A stretch of 62,578 bases of DNA, filler included, from Nitrospirae bacterium CG2_30_53_67 (GCA_001873285.1; 7 parts of 7 records of this genome joined end to end with filler, not necessarily neighbours in it), one strand, 5' to 3'. Counted from the whole stretch's first letter, positions 1 to 9,932 are shown. Notes: generated by a model not told the origin, from the sequence alone. Numbers and translations: made by a program.

Positions 1-217
1 GGTTCGAGGATTCAAGAACCTATAGAGATCCAGGGTTCAAGGATTCAAGTGGTTTTTTGATTTCTGTTACCTTTCAGTTTTTTCTATGCTTTTCACTTGG
101 ACCCTAAGCCCCTTAACCCCTCGGACCCTTGAGTTTTTAAAAAGCACTTCACTTGACCCCTGGAATCCTTGACCCCTTGACCCCTGATGTTTTCACCCAC
201 TCTTTTGGAGATGATCC
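1..217. mobile_element. Family A intergenic element (MITE-like, 8-nt tandem-repeat arms), copy 1, cut by window start
   Basis: Reverse complement nearly identical to 15135-15357 and 26425-26651; ends in TTTTCACCCACTCTTTTGGAGATGATCC, the conserved terminus. Confidence 0.85.
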
Positions 218-256
218 TAAAATGCATTTTAATGGGTCTTCCCTCTCTTTTTTCCA

Positions 257-284
257 TTGACAAGATGATTTTTTTTTCTATAAT
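257..284 (+). promoter_or_regulatory. sigma-70 promoter of the SWIB gene
   Basis: TTGACA (257-262), 16-nt spacer containing T9, TATAAT (279-284). Confidence 0.7.
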
Positions 285-345
285 TCAGATAATCATTTAT
301 TTGATGGGGGTATTGCATCTAAAATTTTTTTAAAGGGAGGCTTCA

Positions 346-771
346 ATGGCTGCTAAGAAGAAAATTACAAAGAAGGCTTCACCCAAGAAGAAAACTGCAA
401 AGAAAGCCGCACCCAAGAAAAAAGTTGCAAAGAAAGCCGCACCCAAGAAGAAAACTGCAAAGAAGGCCGCACCCAAGAAAAAAGTTGTAAAGAAAGCCGC
501 ACCCAAGAAGACGAAACGCAAACCCAATGTTGCATTCATGAGACCGGTTCAACCTGACGGCGCACTCAGTGCCGTGGTTGGGTCAACGGCCATCCCGAGG
601 ACAGAGGTGACCAGAAAGTTATGGGATTACATCAAACGGAACGGCCTTCAGGACCGGATCAACCGGAGAATGATTAATGCGGATGATAAGCTCCGGACGA
701 TCTTTGGAGGAAAGAGCCAAGTCAGTATGTTTGAGATGACCAAACTGGTCTCAAGACATATCGGCGCCTGA
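346..771 (+). CDS. SWIB/MDM2-domain protein with histone-H1-like Lys/Ala/Pro-rich N-terminal repeats
   Basis: Five KKA(A/S)PKK repeats, then SWIB signature RTEVTRKLWDYIKRNGLQD...INADDKL...VSMFEMTKLVSRH; GGGAGG RBS. Confidence 0.9.
   Translation: MAAKKKITKKASPKKKTAKKAAPKKKVAKKAAPKKKTAKKAAPKKKVVKKAAPKKTKRKPNVAFMRPVQPDGALSAVVGSTAIPRTEVTRKLWDYIKRNGLQDRINRRMINADDKLRTIFGGKSQVSMFEMTKLVSRHIGA
370..510 (+). repeat. 30-bp coding tandem repeat, about 5 units
   Basis: AAGAA(A/G)GCCGCACCCAAGAA(A/G)AAA... recurs every 30 nt. Confidence 0.9.
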
Positions 772-781
772 ATGAATCCGT

Positions 782-830
782 TGCTCCCTTGATCTTCTCT
801 CGAAAGGGAGAGATCAAGGGAGCATAAAAA
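782..830. terminator. Stem-loop downstream of the SWIB gene
   Basis: TGCTCCCTTGATCT...AGATCAAGGGAGCA inverted repeat. Confidence 0.65.
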
Positions 831-880
831 AGCCGGGTTTTTACCTCGAAAACTCCCATCTTGTTGCCTAGGGTTTTCAT

Positions 881-983
881 AAGATTTGGTGTTTCCTTTT
901 TTAGTTTGCGTTTCAGTCTTTCACTTGACCCCTCGACCCCTCCACCCCTCGACCCCTTTTACCCACTAAATGATAGAAGAACC
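881..983. repeat. Family A element, partial copy
   Basis: CACTTGACCCCTCGACCCC...TTTTACCCACTAAATGATAGAAGAACC matches the family terminus. Confidence 0.75.
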
Positions 984-1036
984 TTATTTTTTATGTTACA
1001 GTAGGCCTGCATCATATCTCATGTCAGGGAGAGCGC

Positions 1037-1714
1037 GTGTCCAAGCTTTTTCTTTTCTACATTCTCATGCTGATCACCCGGAATTCGCTTCTTTCCCTCC
1101 TGATTGTCCTGGTTCTTTATTTTGTCCTGGACCGCCGGTATATCGGTCTGCTCCCGGATTTCTCGGCGCCCTTACGCACCCGCAGAGAGGTCTCAAGGCT
1201 TAAAAGAGAAGTCATGCTCAATCCCCACAATGCCGAGGCGCTGAGCGACCTTGGACGGGACCTGGTACGCATGAAACGGTATCGGGAGGGGGTGGAGTAT
1301 CTCGGCCGGGCCCTGAATAGGATGTCAGATATTCCTGAAACACAGTTCTATCTCGGGGTAGGATATCTCTATCTCAAGGACCTGGATCGGGCAAAGAACC
1401 ATCTTCAAAAGGCCGTTCAACTCGACCCTCGGTACCGGTACGGCGAGCCTTATCTTCGGATGGGGGATTATCATGTCGAAAGAAATGAACTGGATGAAGC
1501 CCTCAAATCCTATGAAGCCTTTACAGGAATTCATACCTCCAGCTCGGAAGGGTTTTTCAAGATCGGTGAGTTGCAGCTTAGAAAAGGGGACTCCGATAAG
1601 GCTAAGATATACTTCAGGAAGTCCATGCAGGCATTCCGGGGGTCCCCGGCGCATAAAAAAAGGATTGACCGGCCATGGTATTGGAAGGCAAGGTTGAGGC
1701 TTTTGAGGCTGTAG
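1037..1714 (+). CDS. Membrane-anchored tetratricopeptide repeat protein
   Basis: Hydrophobic N-terminus followed by about four TPR motifs (e.g. ETQFYLGVGYLYLKDLDRAKNHLQKAVQLDP). Confidence 0.85.
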   Translation: MSKLFLFYILMLITRNSLLSLLIVLVLYFVLDRRYIGLLPDFSAPLRTRREVSRLKREVMLNPHNAEALSDLGRDLVRMKRYREGVEYLGRALNRMSDIPETQFYLGVGYLYLKDLDRAKNHLQKAVQLDPRYRYGEPYLRMGDYHVERNELDEALKSYEAFTGIHTSSSEGFFKIGELQLRKGDSDKAKIYFRKSMQAFRGSPAHKKRIDRPWYWKARLRLLRL

Positions 1715-1888
1715 ATCCTGCTTATGATCGTATGGACGGGATGCGGACGTAAGGGGATTCCATTGCGCAGGCGGGCGGATTTTAATAAAAATAATCCCCC
1801 TTCTTTTAAATCTAAATGCCTATCACCCCTTCCCCGCCCCAAAAGAGGGTATGACATTCTTACGGGCAAAGGTTTGCACAAGCGATTC

Positions 1889-2074
1889 TCATGCAGCAAC
1901 AACCGTCTTTTCCAGCCGGTCGAACAGACCCATCAGAATCATTTTCCGTTCTTTCAGATGATCCCGGAAATCCTTCTGATCGGTATCCCTGATCTCCATA
2001 CTGAGTTCGGAAATCATGCAGGTCAGGGCCTCTTTGAGGAGCAGGACCTCTTCTCCAGTCATTTCAATCCTCAT
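1889..2074 (-). CDS. Small hypothetical helical protein (61 aa)
   Basis: Purine-rich RBS upstream; natural-looking amphipathic sequence. Confidence 0.55.
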   Translation of the reverse strand: MRIEMTGEEVLLLKEALTCMISELSMEIRDTDQKDFRDHLKERKMILMGLFDRLEKTVVAA

Positions 2075-2175
2075 AAGATCATCCCCTTTCGTTCATTTGA
2101 AACCCCTTGGAATAAACCCCTTACGTCTCTAATTAATAGCACAAAACTCCTTTTTTGTCCAGAAGAGGATTACCC

Positions 2176-2330
2176 CGGGTGTGAGACAAATTTATAGGTA
2201 AATATTTCTCTGAAAGCGTCATTCCCCGACTCGATCGGGGAATCCACCCTTCGGCAGGCTCAGGGTGACAATTGTCATGGTGAGCTTGTCGAACCATGGA
2301 TTGTCCGATCGGGGGACCGGACAATGACAA
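2176..2330. repeat. Family C REP-like palindromic element with a nested CCCTTCGGCAGGCTCAGG hairpin unit
   Basis: GTCATTCCCCGACTCGATCGGGGAATCCA...GGACAATGAC; near-identical segments at 9272-9633, 11130-11243 and 58104-58269. Confidence 0.8.
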
Positions 2331-2353
2331 CCATATTTAATCAAAGGTTGTCT

Positions 2354-3544
2354 TTACTCCATGGGGTCTGAAATCAGGGCGAGGACCCCGGATAAGGTGT
2401 GAAGGCAGTTGATCTTGCCTACGGGTGCGATCTCCCCATCGGAGAAGAAGCCGATCAGGGGCATGGTTCCAAAGTATTTCCGGATAAGATGGATTTTAAG
2501 AGGCATGGTCCTGCAGAGGGAGTCTCTCCTCCCGGCGTACTGGAAATAGAGCCCGAACCGGGGCGGACATGCAAGATGGGCCTGTGAAAGGTTTTCGAGC
2601 ATCTCTTCGAATTCCTGGGCTGCCCTTGTTTCATCACGAACCACAAACGACAGGGGCTGGCCTTCAGTGACCGTCTCCGAGGTCAGAATGCTCCCGTCCG
2701 AAGGATCTATCCCTGTGATCTTGCGGACAATGTAGTTGCCGCTTTGGAGCTCGGTGCTGGACGGATCCACCGGAAGGCCGATCAACAGATTTCGCAGGGC
2801 AGAAGGGAGGTTCTCGGCTACGGGTTCCTGGATGAGCTGCAGCAGGTGCTCCAGCGCCGGGCGTCCGCGAAGCTCCTGTATCCGTCCCCCCATGGCACGG
2901 GTCACGAGCAGGGGGCCGCTGACCGGATGGCAGGCCTGGGCGATCCCGATGGCATGTGAAAATTCTCCGGTTAGATAGATCCCGGAGACGGAGCCGGATG
3001 CCGTATCATGGTCACCGATCTGGTAGGTCTGCTTCCGGCTTTCCTCTCCGGATGCACAGCCCCCGATCAGGGTGAGCGGTGAACCGCACTCTTCTTGAAT
3101 GCTGTTCAGAAGTGCCGGAACATGAACCGAGTTGGGGTCCGGGAAAAGAATGAGCAGTTCGGATTTCTTCCTCATTTGCTTGGCAAACTCCCCGATGGCA
3201 TGGCCTATCATGGAGTCTCTCTCAAAGAGGTTGCGGTAGAGAAAGGTGTATCCGGAAATCATGTTCGAGTGTACGGCCATCACGGCGATTCCTGGGCCGA
3301 TCTCGATCTCTTCCTGATGGGTCAGGACACCGATCCCGCTGCAGCCCGTGATGCGGGAGGCCCCGGTTACGGTTTTGACCTCACGGATGATCTCGTCGAA
3401 ATGGCCTGAGTGATGAGGGGTCGCAAAGACCAGCGCAAAGTCTGAGCGGATGATCCCAGCGCTGGACACGGCAAGGCTCCCGGCCTCTCTGGCGGCCTCT
3501 CGGGCATTCTCTTTTTTGGAACAACCGACCCCTGCCTCGATCAT
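2354..3544 (-). CDS. FIST N/C-domain protein (NosP-like putative sensor)
   Basis: ITGCSGIG, GGCASG and PLIGFFSDGEIAP...LHTLSGVLAL motifs typical of FIST proteins. Confidence 0.85.
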   Translation of the reverse strand: MIEAGVGCSKKENAREAAREAGSLAVSSAGIIRSDFALVFATPHHSGHFDEIIREVKTVTGASRITGCSGIGVLTHQEEIEIGPGIAVMAVHSNMISGYTFLYRNLFERDSMIGHAIGEFAKQMRKKSELLILFPDPNSVHVPALLNSIQEECGSPLTLIGGCASGEESRKQTYQIGDHDTASGSVSGIYLTGEFSHAIGIAQACHPVSGPLLVTRAMGGRIQELRGRPALEHLLQLIQEPVAENLPSALRNLLIGLPVDPSSTELQSGNYIVRKITGIDPSDGSILTSETVTEGQPLSFVVRDETRAAQEFEEMLENLSQAHLACPPRFGLYFQYAGRRDSLCRTMPLKIHLIRKYFGTMPLIGFFSDGEIAPVGKINCLHTLSGVLALISDPME

Positions 3545-3699
3545 GTCAGATCCTTCTTATGATGGCATGAATACCATTAGACCATTTTCCACTTTTTCTG
3601 TCAAATTATCGGTAAAATCCTGCGGCTGTTTCAGGGGTCAAAATGGAGAAAAATTCTTCCCGGTTGACTTGGTCCGCTTTCCCGTGTATTTATAATTTA

Positions 3700-4524
3700 A
3701 TGACGACTGATATTCTGATAGGCGATTTCCGGTGTATCCTTCTGGATGGCGGGACCTTCCGGGTGGATGGCGGGGCCATGTTCGGGGTGGCGCCCAAAGT
3801 CCTCTGGGAGAAGAAGGCCCGGCCTGATGCAAAGAACCGGGTCACGCTTTCCATGAATCCTCTCCTGATCCTGGCGCCCGGCCTCAGGATCCTTGTGGAT
3901 CCCGGCATTGGGGAGCGGGAAGCGGGGAAGTTTGGGGAGCATTATGCCGTTCTCAATGCAGGAAATCTGGAACAGGAGCTTGCCCGATCCGGTGTGAGGC
4001 CGGAGGAAATCGATATCGTGATCAACACTCACCTCCATTGGGATCATTCAGGAGCCGGCATCCGCCTCCTTTCAGACGGAGGGCTTGTCCCGATGTTTCC
4101 GAATGCGGTCTATCTGGTACAGCAGGGCGAATGGGAGTCGGCCTGCCGGCCGGATGAATGGACCCGGGCGAGTTACGTCTTTCAGGGGGAACCTGTTTTG
4201 ATCCGGACCGGGCAGATGGAACTGCTTCACGGAGAAGCCGAGATCGTGCCGGGAGTCCGGGTCATCAGGACGCCTGGGCATACCCCTTTTCACCAGTCCG
4301 TGCTCATCGAATCCGGGGGAGAGGCCCTGCTCTATGTCGGGGACCTGATTCCCATGGCGGCCCATATGCGCCTGCCTTATATCACCTCCCTGGATCAGGA
4401 TCCGTCCCTGACCCTGAGGATCAAGAGGAGAATCCTCAAACAAGGAGGGGATATGGGATGGACGCTCGCCTTTTGCCATGAACCGGAGAAAGAGAAGAGG
4501 ATCCTCCCCTGCAGGAAGGTATAA
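3700..4524 (+). CDS. MBL-fold metallo-hydrolase (YtnP-like)
   Basis: DGGAMFGVAPKVLW, THLHWDH metal motif, TPGHT; ATG 3700 chosen as start. Confidence 0.88.
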   Translation: MTTDILIGDFRCILLDGGTFRVDGGAMFGVAPKVLWEKKARPDAKNRVTLSMNPLLILAPGLRILVDPGIGEREAGKFGEHYAVLNAGNLEQELARSGVRPEEIDIVINTHLHWDHSGAGIRLLSDGGLVPMFPNAVYLVQQGEWESACRPDEWTRASYVFQGEPVLIRTGQMELLHGEAEIVPGVRVIRTPGHTPFHQSVLIESGGEALLYVGDLIPMAAHMRLPYITSLDQDPSLTLRIKRRILKQGGDMGWTLAFCHEPEKEKRILPCRKV

Positions 4525-4649
4525 ATTCGATTGTCAGAAATAAAATTCTGTGTTAATTTTGATCAATTCTTAAAAAGTCTGAAAGCTCCCTCTCCCTCGA
4601 TGGGAGGGGATAAAGGATTTTTTTACGAAGCTTTTAAGAGGGTTGGCGA

Positions 4650-5447
4650 ATGATCCGCAAACCGGCTGTCTCGGGCATGTTCTACGACTCGGACCCTGCC
4701 AGGCTCCGGAGGATGGTGCGGGGTTTTATCAAAGATGAGCCGAAAACCGAGGCCCTGGGTGTGATCGTTCCTCATGCGGGATATATCTATTCCGGGACCG
4801 TGGCCGGCGTGGTCTATTCCAGGATCACCCCGAGAGAGACCTATATCCTTCTCGGTCCGAATCATACCGGGCTGGGACCGGCCGCTTCGATGATGTGCCG
4901 CGGGGAATGGGAAACCCCGCTCGGCGCCATGAAGATTGATCAAAGACTGGCCTCCTCTCTTCTCGGGGGATCAGAACTTCTCGAAGAGGATACCCAGGCC
5001 CATCTTCGGGAACATTCCATCGAGGTTCAGCTTCCCTTTCTGCAGATTCTGGGCGGCGGGACCTTTATCCCAATCACGCTTATGGGGATCGATTACCAGG
5101 GCTGCGAGAAGGTCGCCTCCGCCATTGTTGAGGCGGTCAAGGCGTGCGACCGGCCCGTGCTCATCGTGGCCTCTTCGGACATGACTCATTTTGAGAGCCG
5201 GGAGTCGGCCGAGCGCAAAGACCGTCTGGCCCTTGACAGGGTGGAGGCACTGGACCCCGAAGGGTTTTATGAAACCGTCCGGCGCTACAGGATCAGCATG
5301 TGCGGCTATATTCCTGCCACGATCATGTTGATCGCAGCCAAAGCGCTGGGAGCGGCCCGCGCTGCGGTGGTCCGGTACGCCACCTCCGGGGATGTGACCG
5401 GAGACATGGATCAGGTGGTGGGGTATGCAGGTGTGATCGTGGAGTAG
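4650..5447 (+). CDS. amrB: AmmeMemoRadiSam system protein B (MEMO1 family)
   Basis: RKPAVSGMFY, PHAGYIYSG, GPNHTG, EHSIEVQLPFLQ, ASSDMTH, SMCG, VVGYA. Confidence 0.9.
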   Translation: MIRKPAVSGMFYDSDPARLRRMVRGFIKDEPKTEALGVIVPHAGYIYSGTVAGVVYSRITPRETYILLGPNHTGLGPAASMMCRGEWETPLGAMKIDQRLASSLLGGSELLEEDTQAHLREHSIEVQLPFLQILGGGTFIPITLMGIDYQGCEKVASAIVEAVKACDRPVLIVASSDMTHFESRESAERKDRLALDRVEALDPEGFYETVRRYRISMCGYIPATIMLIAAKALGAARAAVVRYATSGDVTGDMDQVVGYAGVIVE

Positions 5448-5465
5448 AATAAGCGTTCAAACCGT

Positions 5466-5750
5466 TCCAAAAGAGTGGGTGAAAACATAAGGGTTACGCT
5501 GCGCGTGCCCCGCTGTTCTCTATATTTGCCGGGGCATCTTGGGGTCAAGGGGTCAAGGATTCCAGGGGTCAAGTGAAGTGCTAAAATCATAAGGGGCCTA
5601 GGATTATAGGGTCCAAGGGTTCCAGTGTTTTTCTCTGAAGATTTTGCTTGCGTTTCAGTATCTCACTTGAACCCTTGACCCCTCGACCCCTGGAACCCTA
5701 TGGATCTTCAACCCTCGAACCCTTTTTACCCACTCGATGGGAGAAGAACC
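5466..5750. mobile_element. Family A element with nested family B insert (5495-5544)
   Basis: Both family termini present (TCCAAAAGAGTGGGTGAAAAC ... TTTTACCCACTCGATGGGAGAAGAACC) with GGGGTCAA arms. Confidence 0.85.
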
Positions 5751-5819
5751 GTAATAAAAGACCTCCTCCAAGGTGATTCGGGATAGACAAAATTCTTGTT
5801 GACGATCTTCTAAAACATG

Positions 5820-5919
5820 NNNNNNNNNNNNNNNNNNNNNNNNNNNNNNNNNNNNNNNNNNNNTTAATTAATTAANNNNNNNNNNNNNNNNNNNNNNNNN
5901 NNNNNNNNNNNNNNNNNNN
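5820..5919. other. Artificial contig linker
   Basis: N44-TTAATTAATTAA-N44, stop codons in all six frames. Confidence 0.97.
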
Positions 5920-7372
5920 GATGTTCTGCGCTCAGATAAAGCCCGGGCTCCGAAGAGGCCTCAACGAGGGCAAAGAGATTCTCCGAACCTGGACCTTTGA
6001 GTTCCTCTCCCTCCTGCCAGTCATTGTTGCTCCACCGTACGGCATGCACGGGACTTTCTCCGAGCTGCAGGCCGGAAAGGGTCTGGGCATAGAGTTCGCT
6101 TCCGATGCTGCGGATGAAAAGCCCTTTCCGGCGGTGTACGATCCGGAGGGCTCCTTGCTGCTGTGTGATCACAAGGACTCCTTCGTCCGTGTTGACGATG
6201 ATCTCGTCCACGCCGTCTCCGTTCAAGTCAGAGGCTTCCAGCCAGAAAAGCGTGGAGAGATCCTGATCTTCGAGTCTTTGGCCCACCCTCAGCATTCCCT
6301 GACGGAACGTATAAATCTGGATCTTCCCCGGTGTCCCGACGGCCAAAGCCCGATTGCCCTCTCCCATGAAGTTTCCTGCGGCCATGGACATGATCCGTTT
6401 GTCCAGTTTGAGGATTCGGACCCAGTGTGCCGGATCATGAAATCCTTGCAATGGGGGGAGCTTGGGCATGGCCGGCAGAACGGCGCCGCCGGCTGCGGCC
6501 ATGGGGAGCGCCAAAGGCGCGGCGGCCTCCTCGCTTTCCGGTCTGTCAGCGGAAAGGATATCTGCGCCCTGCTGAGGGGGAGCGGAGGCCATGGTTTCAG
6601 CCGGGACTGCGGCAGGCAGGGGCTGGGCCGTCTTGGATGCTGGCCGCGCCTCAGCCATGGAAGTACTCCGGGACGAAAGCAGGACCGAAAAGGTGTCGAG
6701 CCCCGCTCCTGTTTCCACGGCATAGGGCGCCATTTGCAGAATGTTTTCTCCGAAACCCGAGAGGACCTTGACCTGTAAGATGAGAGGGGTCTTCAGTGCG
6801 GGCCCCAGTACCGAAAGGTCCATCTGCTCGAGGGCAGAGAAGTCCGCGTAGTGGTTCTGGATCATGGCCGTGAGCACGTCTTCGGTCCGTACCGGGTCGA
6901 TGTCTCCCTTGGGCGGTGAGTATTCAAGAAGAAGACCGAGCGCTTCCCTGGACATGGGGACCAGAGCGACCGGGAGGGGTCTCGGCCATCCCGTGACCGG
7001 ATCGCCTTTTTTGATCTCCTGTTTTCTGATCCTTTCCGCCCGGATTTCCTGGCCGGAAACCCCGGTTACGCGGACCAGGGCCGCCGGCTGAGGGAGAGCT
7101 CCTTTGGCCGTCTCTTTTTTGATCATGAGATAGGCGCCGGATACGACCGGGGAACCCGGCGCCGTCTGGATCACCACCGTGGACCCTTGCACATCCTGAA
7201 CTTTACCGGAAAAGACCGGGAAGAGGTGAAGGATCCGTGAGGTGATCTCCTGATAGGCGTCTGTCTTTGCATGGGCGGTGATGGAGGTGAAGGAAATGAG
7301 AATGGCGGTGATGAACATGAAAAGAACAAGGCCCCTGAGGGCGCGGCCGCAAAGCGGTGGAATAACGGACAT
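5920..7372 (-). CDS. Secreted protein with FG-GAP/VCBS-like repeats, 3' end lost at contig break
   Basis: Signal peptide ending AHA; ASDLNGDGVDEII and AGNFMGEGNRALAV repeats. Confidence 0.7.
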
Positions 7373-9118
7373 CTAATGGGTCTCCTTTCCGTGATAGATC
7401 TGAAATCCAGTGATCCCCCGGATGACCTCCGCGTAACGGGGATCGATGTTAATCAATTGGATCCGTTTCTTGTACCGTTTGATCATGCGTTTCCTGAAAA
7501 GGAGGATCTTGAACGCCATCGGGGTGATCGCGCGGACCTCCTGAAAATTGATGATCACGGTCTTGGCCCCCTGCCGGATCGCCTGCCGGCTCTTGCTCCA
7601 GAGTTTGCGGGCGGAAACCTTGTCCAGCACGCCTTGCAGGTCCAACTGGAAGACCGGCTCGGTCCCGATCTTCCGGATCCGAATCCTGAGGAAGTCCATG
7701 ATCTTTGCCGAGGTCTCCACGGCGCCTTTGGCCGTGTGATCGAGAGCGGCCGTGATCTTCTCCTTAGAGTGGATGATCTCCGGAATCCTGTTGAAGATCT
7801 TCGAGAACCGGGGAACCTTCCCTTCCGGACTCCTTTCCACGATCCGCCGATAGCCGTAGTTCAGGGCGAGCCTGGGGAAGAGCCTCGGCTGAGGATGCAG
7901 GACACGCCTCGCGATGGAGCTTATTTTGTAGGTCTCGTGGAATGCCCAGAAGTATCCCTCCTGAAGCGTCTCCGGCGTCATGAGTTTGGGGTAAAAGACC
8001 GCGTTTCCGGAATTATACTTCCCCCAGTCATAATCGAATATCCTCCCCTGGTCCTGAAGCTTGTGAAACAGCTTGGTCCCCGGGAGCGGGGTCAGGATAT
8101 GATAGGTGGGGAGGGCGATCCGGTTCTTCTGCACAAAGCGGACCGTGCGCTCAAAAACCCCCTCATCGTCGGTATCGAACCCGAAGATGAACCCCGCGTT
8201 GATCATGATCCCGTGGTCATGGATCTTCCTGATGGATTCTTCATATTCCGAGACCTTATTGATCTTTTTGTTTGCGGCCTTCAGGGTCTCGTCCGACAGG
8301 GACTCGATCCCCACGAACATGGAGACGCACCCGCTCATCATAGCAAGTTTAAGGAGTTCATCATCCTTGGCCATGGTGAGCGACCCCTGGCTCCCCCACT
8401 TGATCTTGAGCGGGATCAGAGCGGTGAAGAGTTCCCTGGCATATTTCCGGTTGCCCACGATGTTGTCGTCCACAAAGGCCACGAACTTCGCATTGAACCT
8501 TTCCTTGAGCTGCCGCACCTCGGCCGCCACCTGTTCGACCGGACGGAAACGGTAGGTGTTCCCGAAGAATTCGGTTACGGAACAGAAATCGCAGGAAAAC
8601 GGGCACCCCCGTGTGGTCTGAAGCGAGTTGGCGGTCATGTACCGGTCCCGTTTCAGAAGGCCCAGGCGCGGCATGGGGATTCGGCTCATATCAACGGGTT
8701 TTTCGGATTTGTAGATCCCTTTCATACGCCCGTGTTGAGCGTCCTCGATCACCTTGCCCCAGACATTTTCAGCCTCCCCCACCACCACGGCGTCCGCATG
8801 GGCTAGCGCCTCATCGGGCATGAGCGAGGCATGGATTCCTCCCATGACCACGGGCACCCCTTTGGCCCGGTAGGTCTCCGCAATCTCATAGGCCCTTGGG
8901 ATATAGGTGCTCATAGTCCCGATGCCTACGAGATCCACCGGCTCGTTCAGGTCCAGCGCCTCCACGGTCTCATCCGTGATCGAGACCTCGTGCTCCGGCG
9001 GCGTGAGGGCGGCGATGATCGGGAGGCTGAGCCTGGGGAACCAGATGGCCCGGACTTCCTTTCCGGTATGCCGCATGTGTGAGCCTTTGAGGGCCGGGTC
9101 TATCAGCTTGATTTTCAT
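7373..9118 (-). CDS. B12-binding-domain radical SAM protein with a C-terminal STAS-like domain
   Basis: N-terminal PRLSLPIIAALTP...GGIHAS cobalamin-binding region; TTRGCPFSCDFC CxxxCxxC; C-terminal LDLQGVLD...VIINFQEVRAIT. Confidence 0.88.
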   Translation of the reverse strand: MKIKLIDPALKGSHMRHTGKEVRAIWFPRLSLPIIAALTPPEHEVSITDETVEALDLNEPVDLVGIGTMSTYIPRAYEIAETYRAKGVPVVMGGIHASLMPDEALAHADAVVVGEAENVWGKVIEDAQHGRMKGIYKSEKPVDMSRIPMPRLGLLKRDRYMTANSLQTTRGCPFSCDFCSVTEFFGNTYRFRPVEQVAAEVRQLKERFNAKFVAFVDDNIVGNRKYARELFTALIPLKIKWGSQGSLTMAKDDELLKLAMMSGCVSMFVGIESLSDETLKAANKKINKVSEYEESIRKIHDHGIMINAGFIFGFDTDDEGVFERTVRFVQKNRIALPTYHILTPLPGTKLFHKLQDQGRIFDYDWGKYNSGNAVFYPKLMTPETLQEGYFWAFHETYKISSIARRVLHPQPRLFPRLALNYGYRRIVERSPEGKVPRFSKIFNRIPEIIHSKEKITAALDHTAKGAVETSAKIMDFLRIRIRKIGTEPVFQLDLQGVLDKVSARKLWSKSRQAIRQGAKTVIINFQEVRAITPMAFKILLFRKRMIKRYKKRIQLINIDPRYAEVIRGITGFQIYHGKETH

Positions 9119-9271
9119 TTTTGGAAAGTCCTCCTGGTGCAGCGGTCATGAAAACATGGAGCATTCATGCGTCCCACAGCCGACAGCAGGGAAAGATCCG
9201 ATGAAAAAGATGCTTAAAGATACACCAGGTCCCGTGACATGTCAAGGTTGTGTTTATGTGTGTTTATGTGT

Positions 9272-9633
9272 GGGTGTGCAACAAATTTATGGGTAACATT
9301 TCTCTAAGAGCGTCATTCTCCGACCCCCCGATCGGGCCTGTCCTCCGACTTGGAGGCTGTGTCGCAATGCATTCTGGAGCGAAAAATAAAAAATTGTTCC
9401 CCACATTTTAACCAGGGGAAGTTATGTTGTGGAATCGACAAGCAAGTTGGTTGCTCATGTAAGCGCTCATTCCCCACTTCTTAAAATAGCGTTGCATTGC
9501 GACACAGCCTCTGGATCGGGGAATCCACCCTTCGGCAGGCTCAGGGTGACAATTGTCATAGTGAGCTTGTCGAACCATGGATTGTCCGGTCAAGCATGCC
9601 CTCCGACTTGATCGGGGGGCCGGACAATGACAA
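9272..9633. repeat. Family C REP-like element containing a nested MITE
   Basis: Same GTCATT...GGACAATGAC frame and CCCTTCGGCAGGCTCAGG unit as 2176-2330. Confidence 0.8.
9353..9511. mobile_element. MITE, 159 bp, with perfect 19-bp terminal inverted repeats
   Basis: GAGGCTGTGTCGCAATGCA (9353-9371) and TGCATTGCGACACAGCCTC (9493-9511); interrupts the CCGACTTGATCGGGG palindrome. Confidence 0.85.
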
Positions 9634-9647
9634 CTGCGGGATCCATG

Positions 9648-9932
9648 CTACAGGTTTGCCCGCTTAATGATCTTTTCGAGTTCTTTTCTGTTAATGATTC
9701 TCATAATGGTTATGGTATGGCTTTGCAACCTGTATAGAACCCTGTAATCTCCGGAACGAAGCCGGTAGAGAGGCGGTTTGAATCCTTTCAGTTTCTTAAT
9801 TCCGGATCCTCCGGGCAAGGGGTTTATGGAAAGAGATTTTATCTCCGAGATGACCTGATCACGGAAAGCTTTTGGAATATCATTTAGGTCATCAATGGCT
9901 GCGCGGGCTAATTGGACAATGAATTCATCCAT
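9648..9932 (-). CDS. RelE/ParE-family type II toxin
   Basis: 94 aa, basic; IKKLKG...YRLRSGDYRVLY...INRKE. Confidence 0.88.
   Translation of the reverse strand: MDEFIVQLARAAIDDLNDIPKAFRDQVISEIKSLSINPLPGGSGIKKLKGFKPPLYRLRSGDYRVLYRLQSHTITIMRIINRKELEKIIKRANL

Noticed and set aside
330..539. Hydrophobic repeat ORF (FFLGAAFF)n
   Set aside because: Antisense read of the Lys-rich repeat in the SWIB gene.
7271..8806. Long antisense ORFs (7271-8806, 15778-16956, 29546-31090, 36331-37875, 45657-46781, 56792-57601, 58279-59157, 60223-61167 and others)
   Set aside because: Shadow ORFs opposite well-conserved genes in GC-rich sequence; no recognisable motifs.
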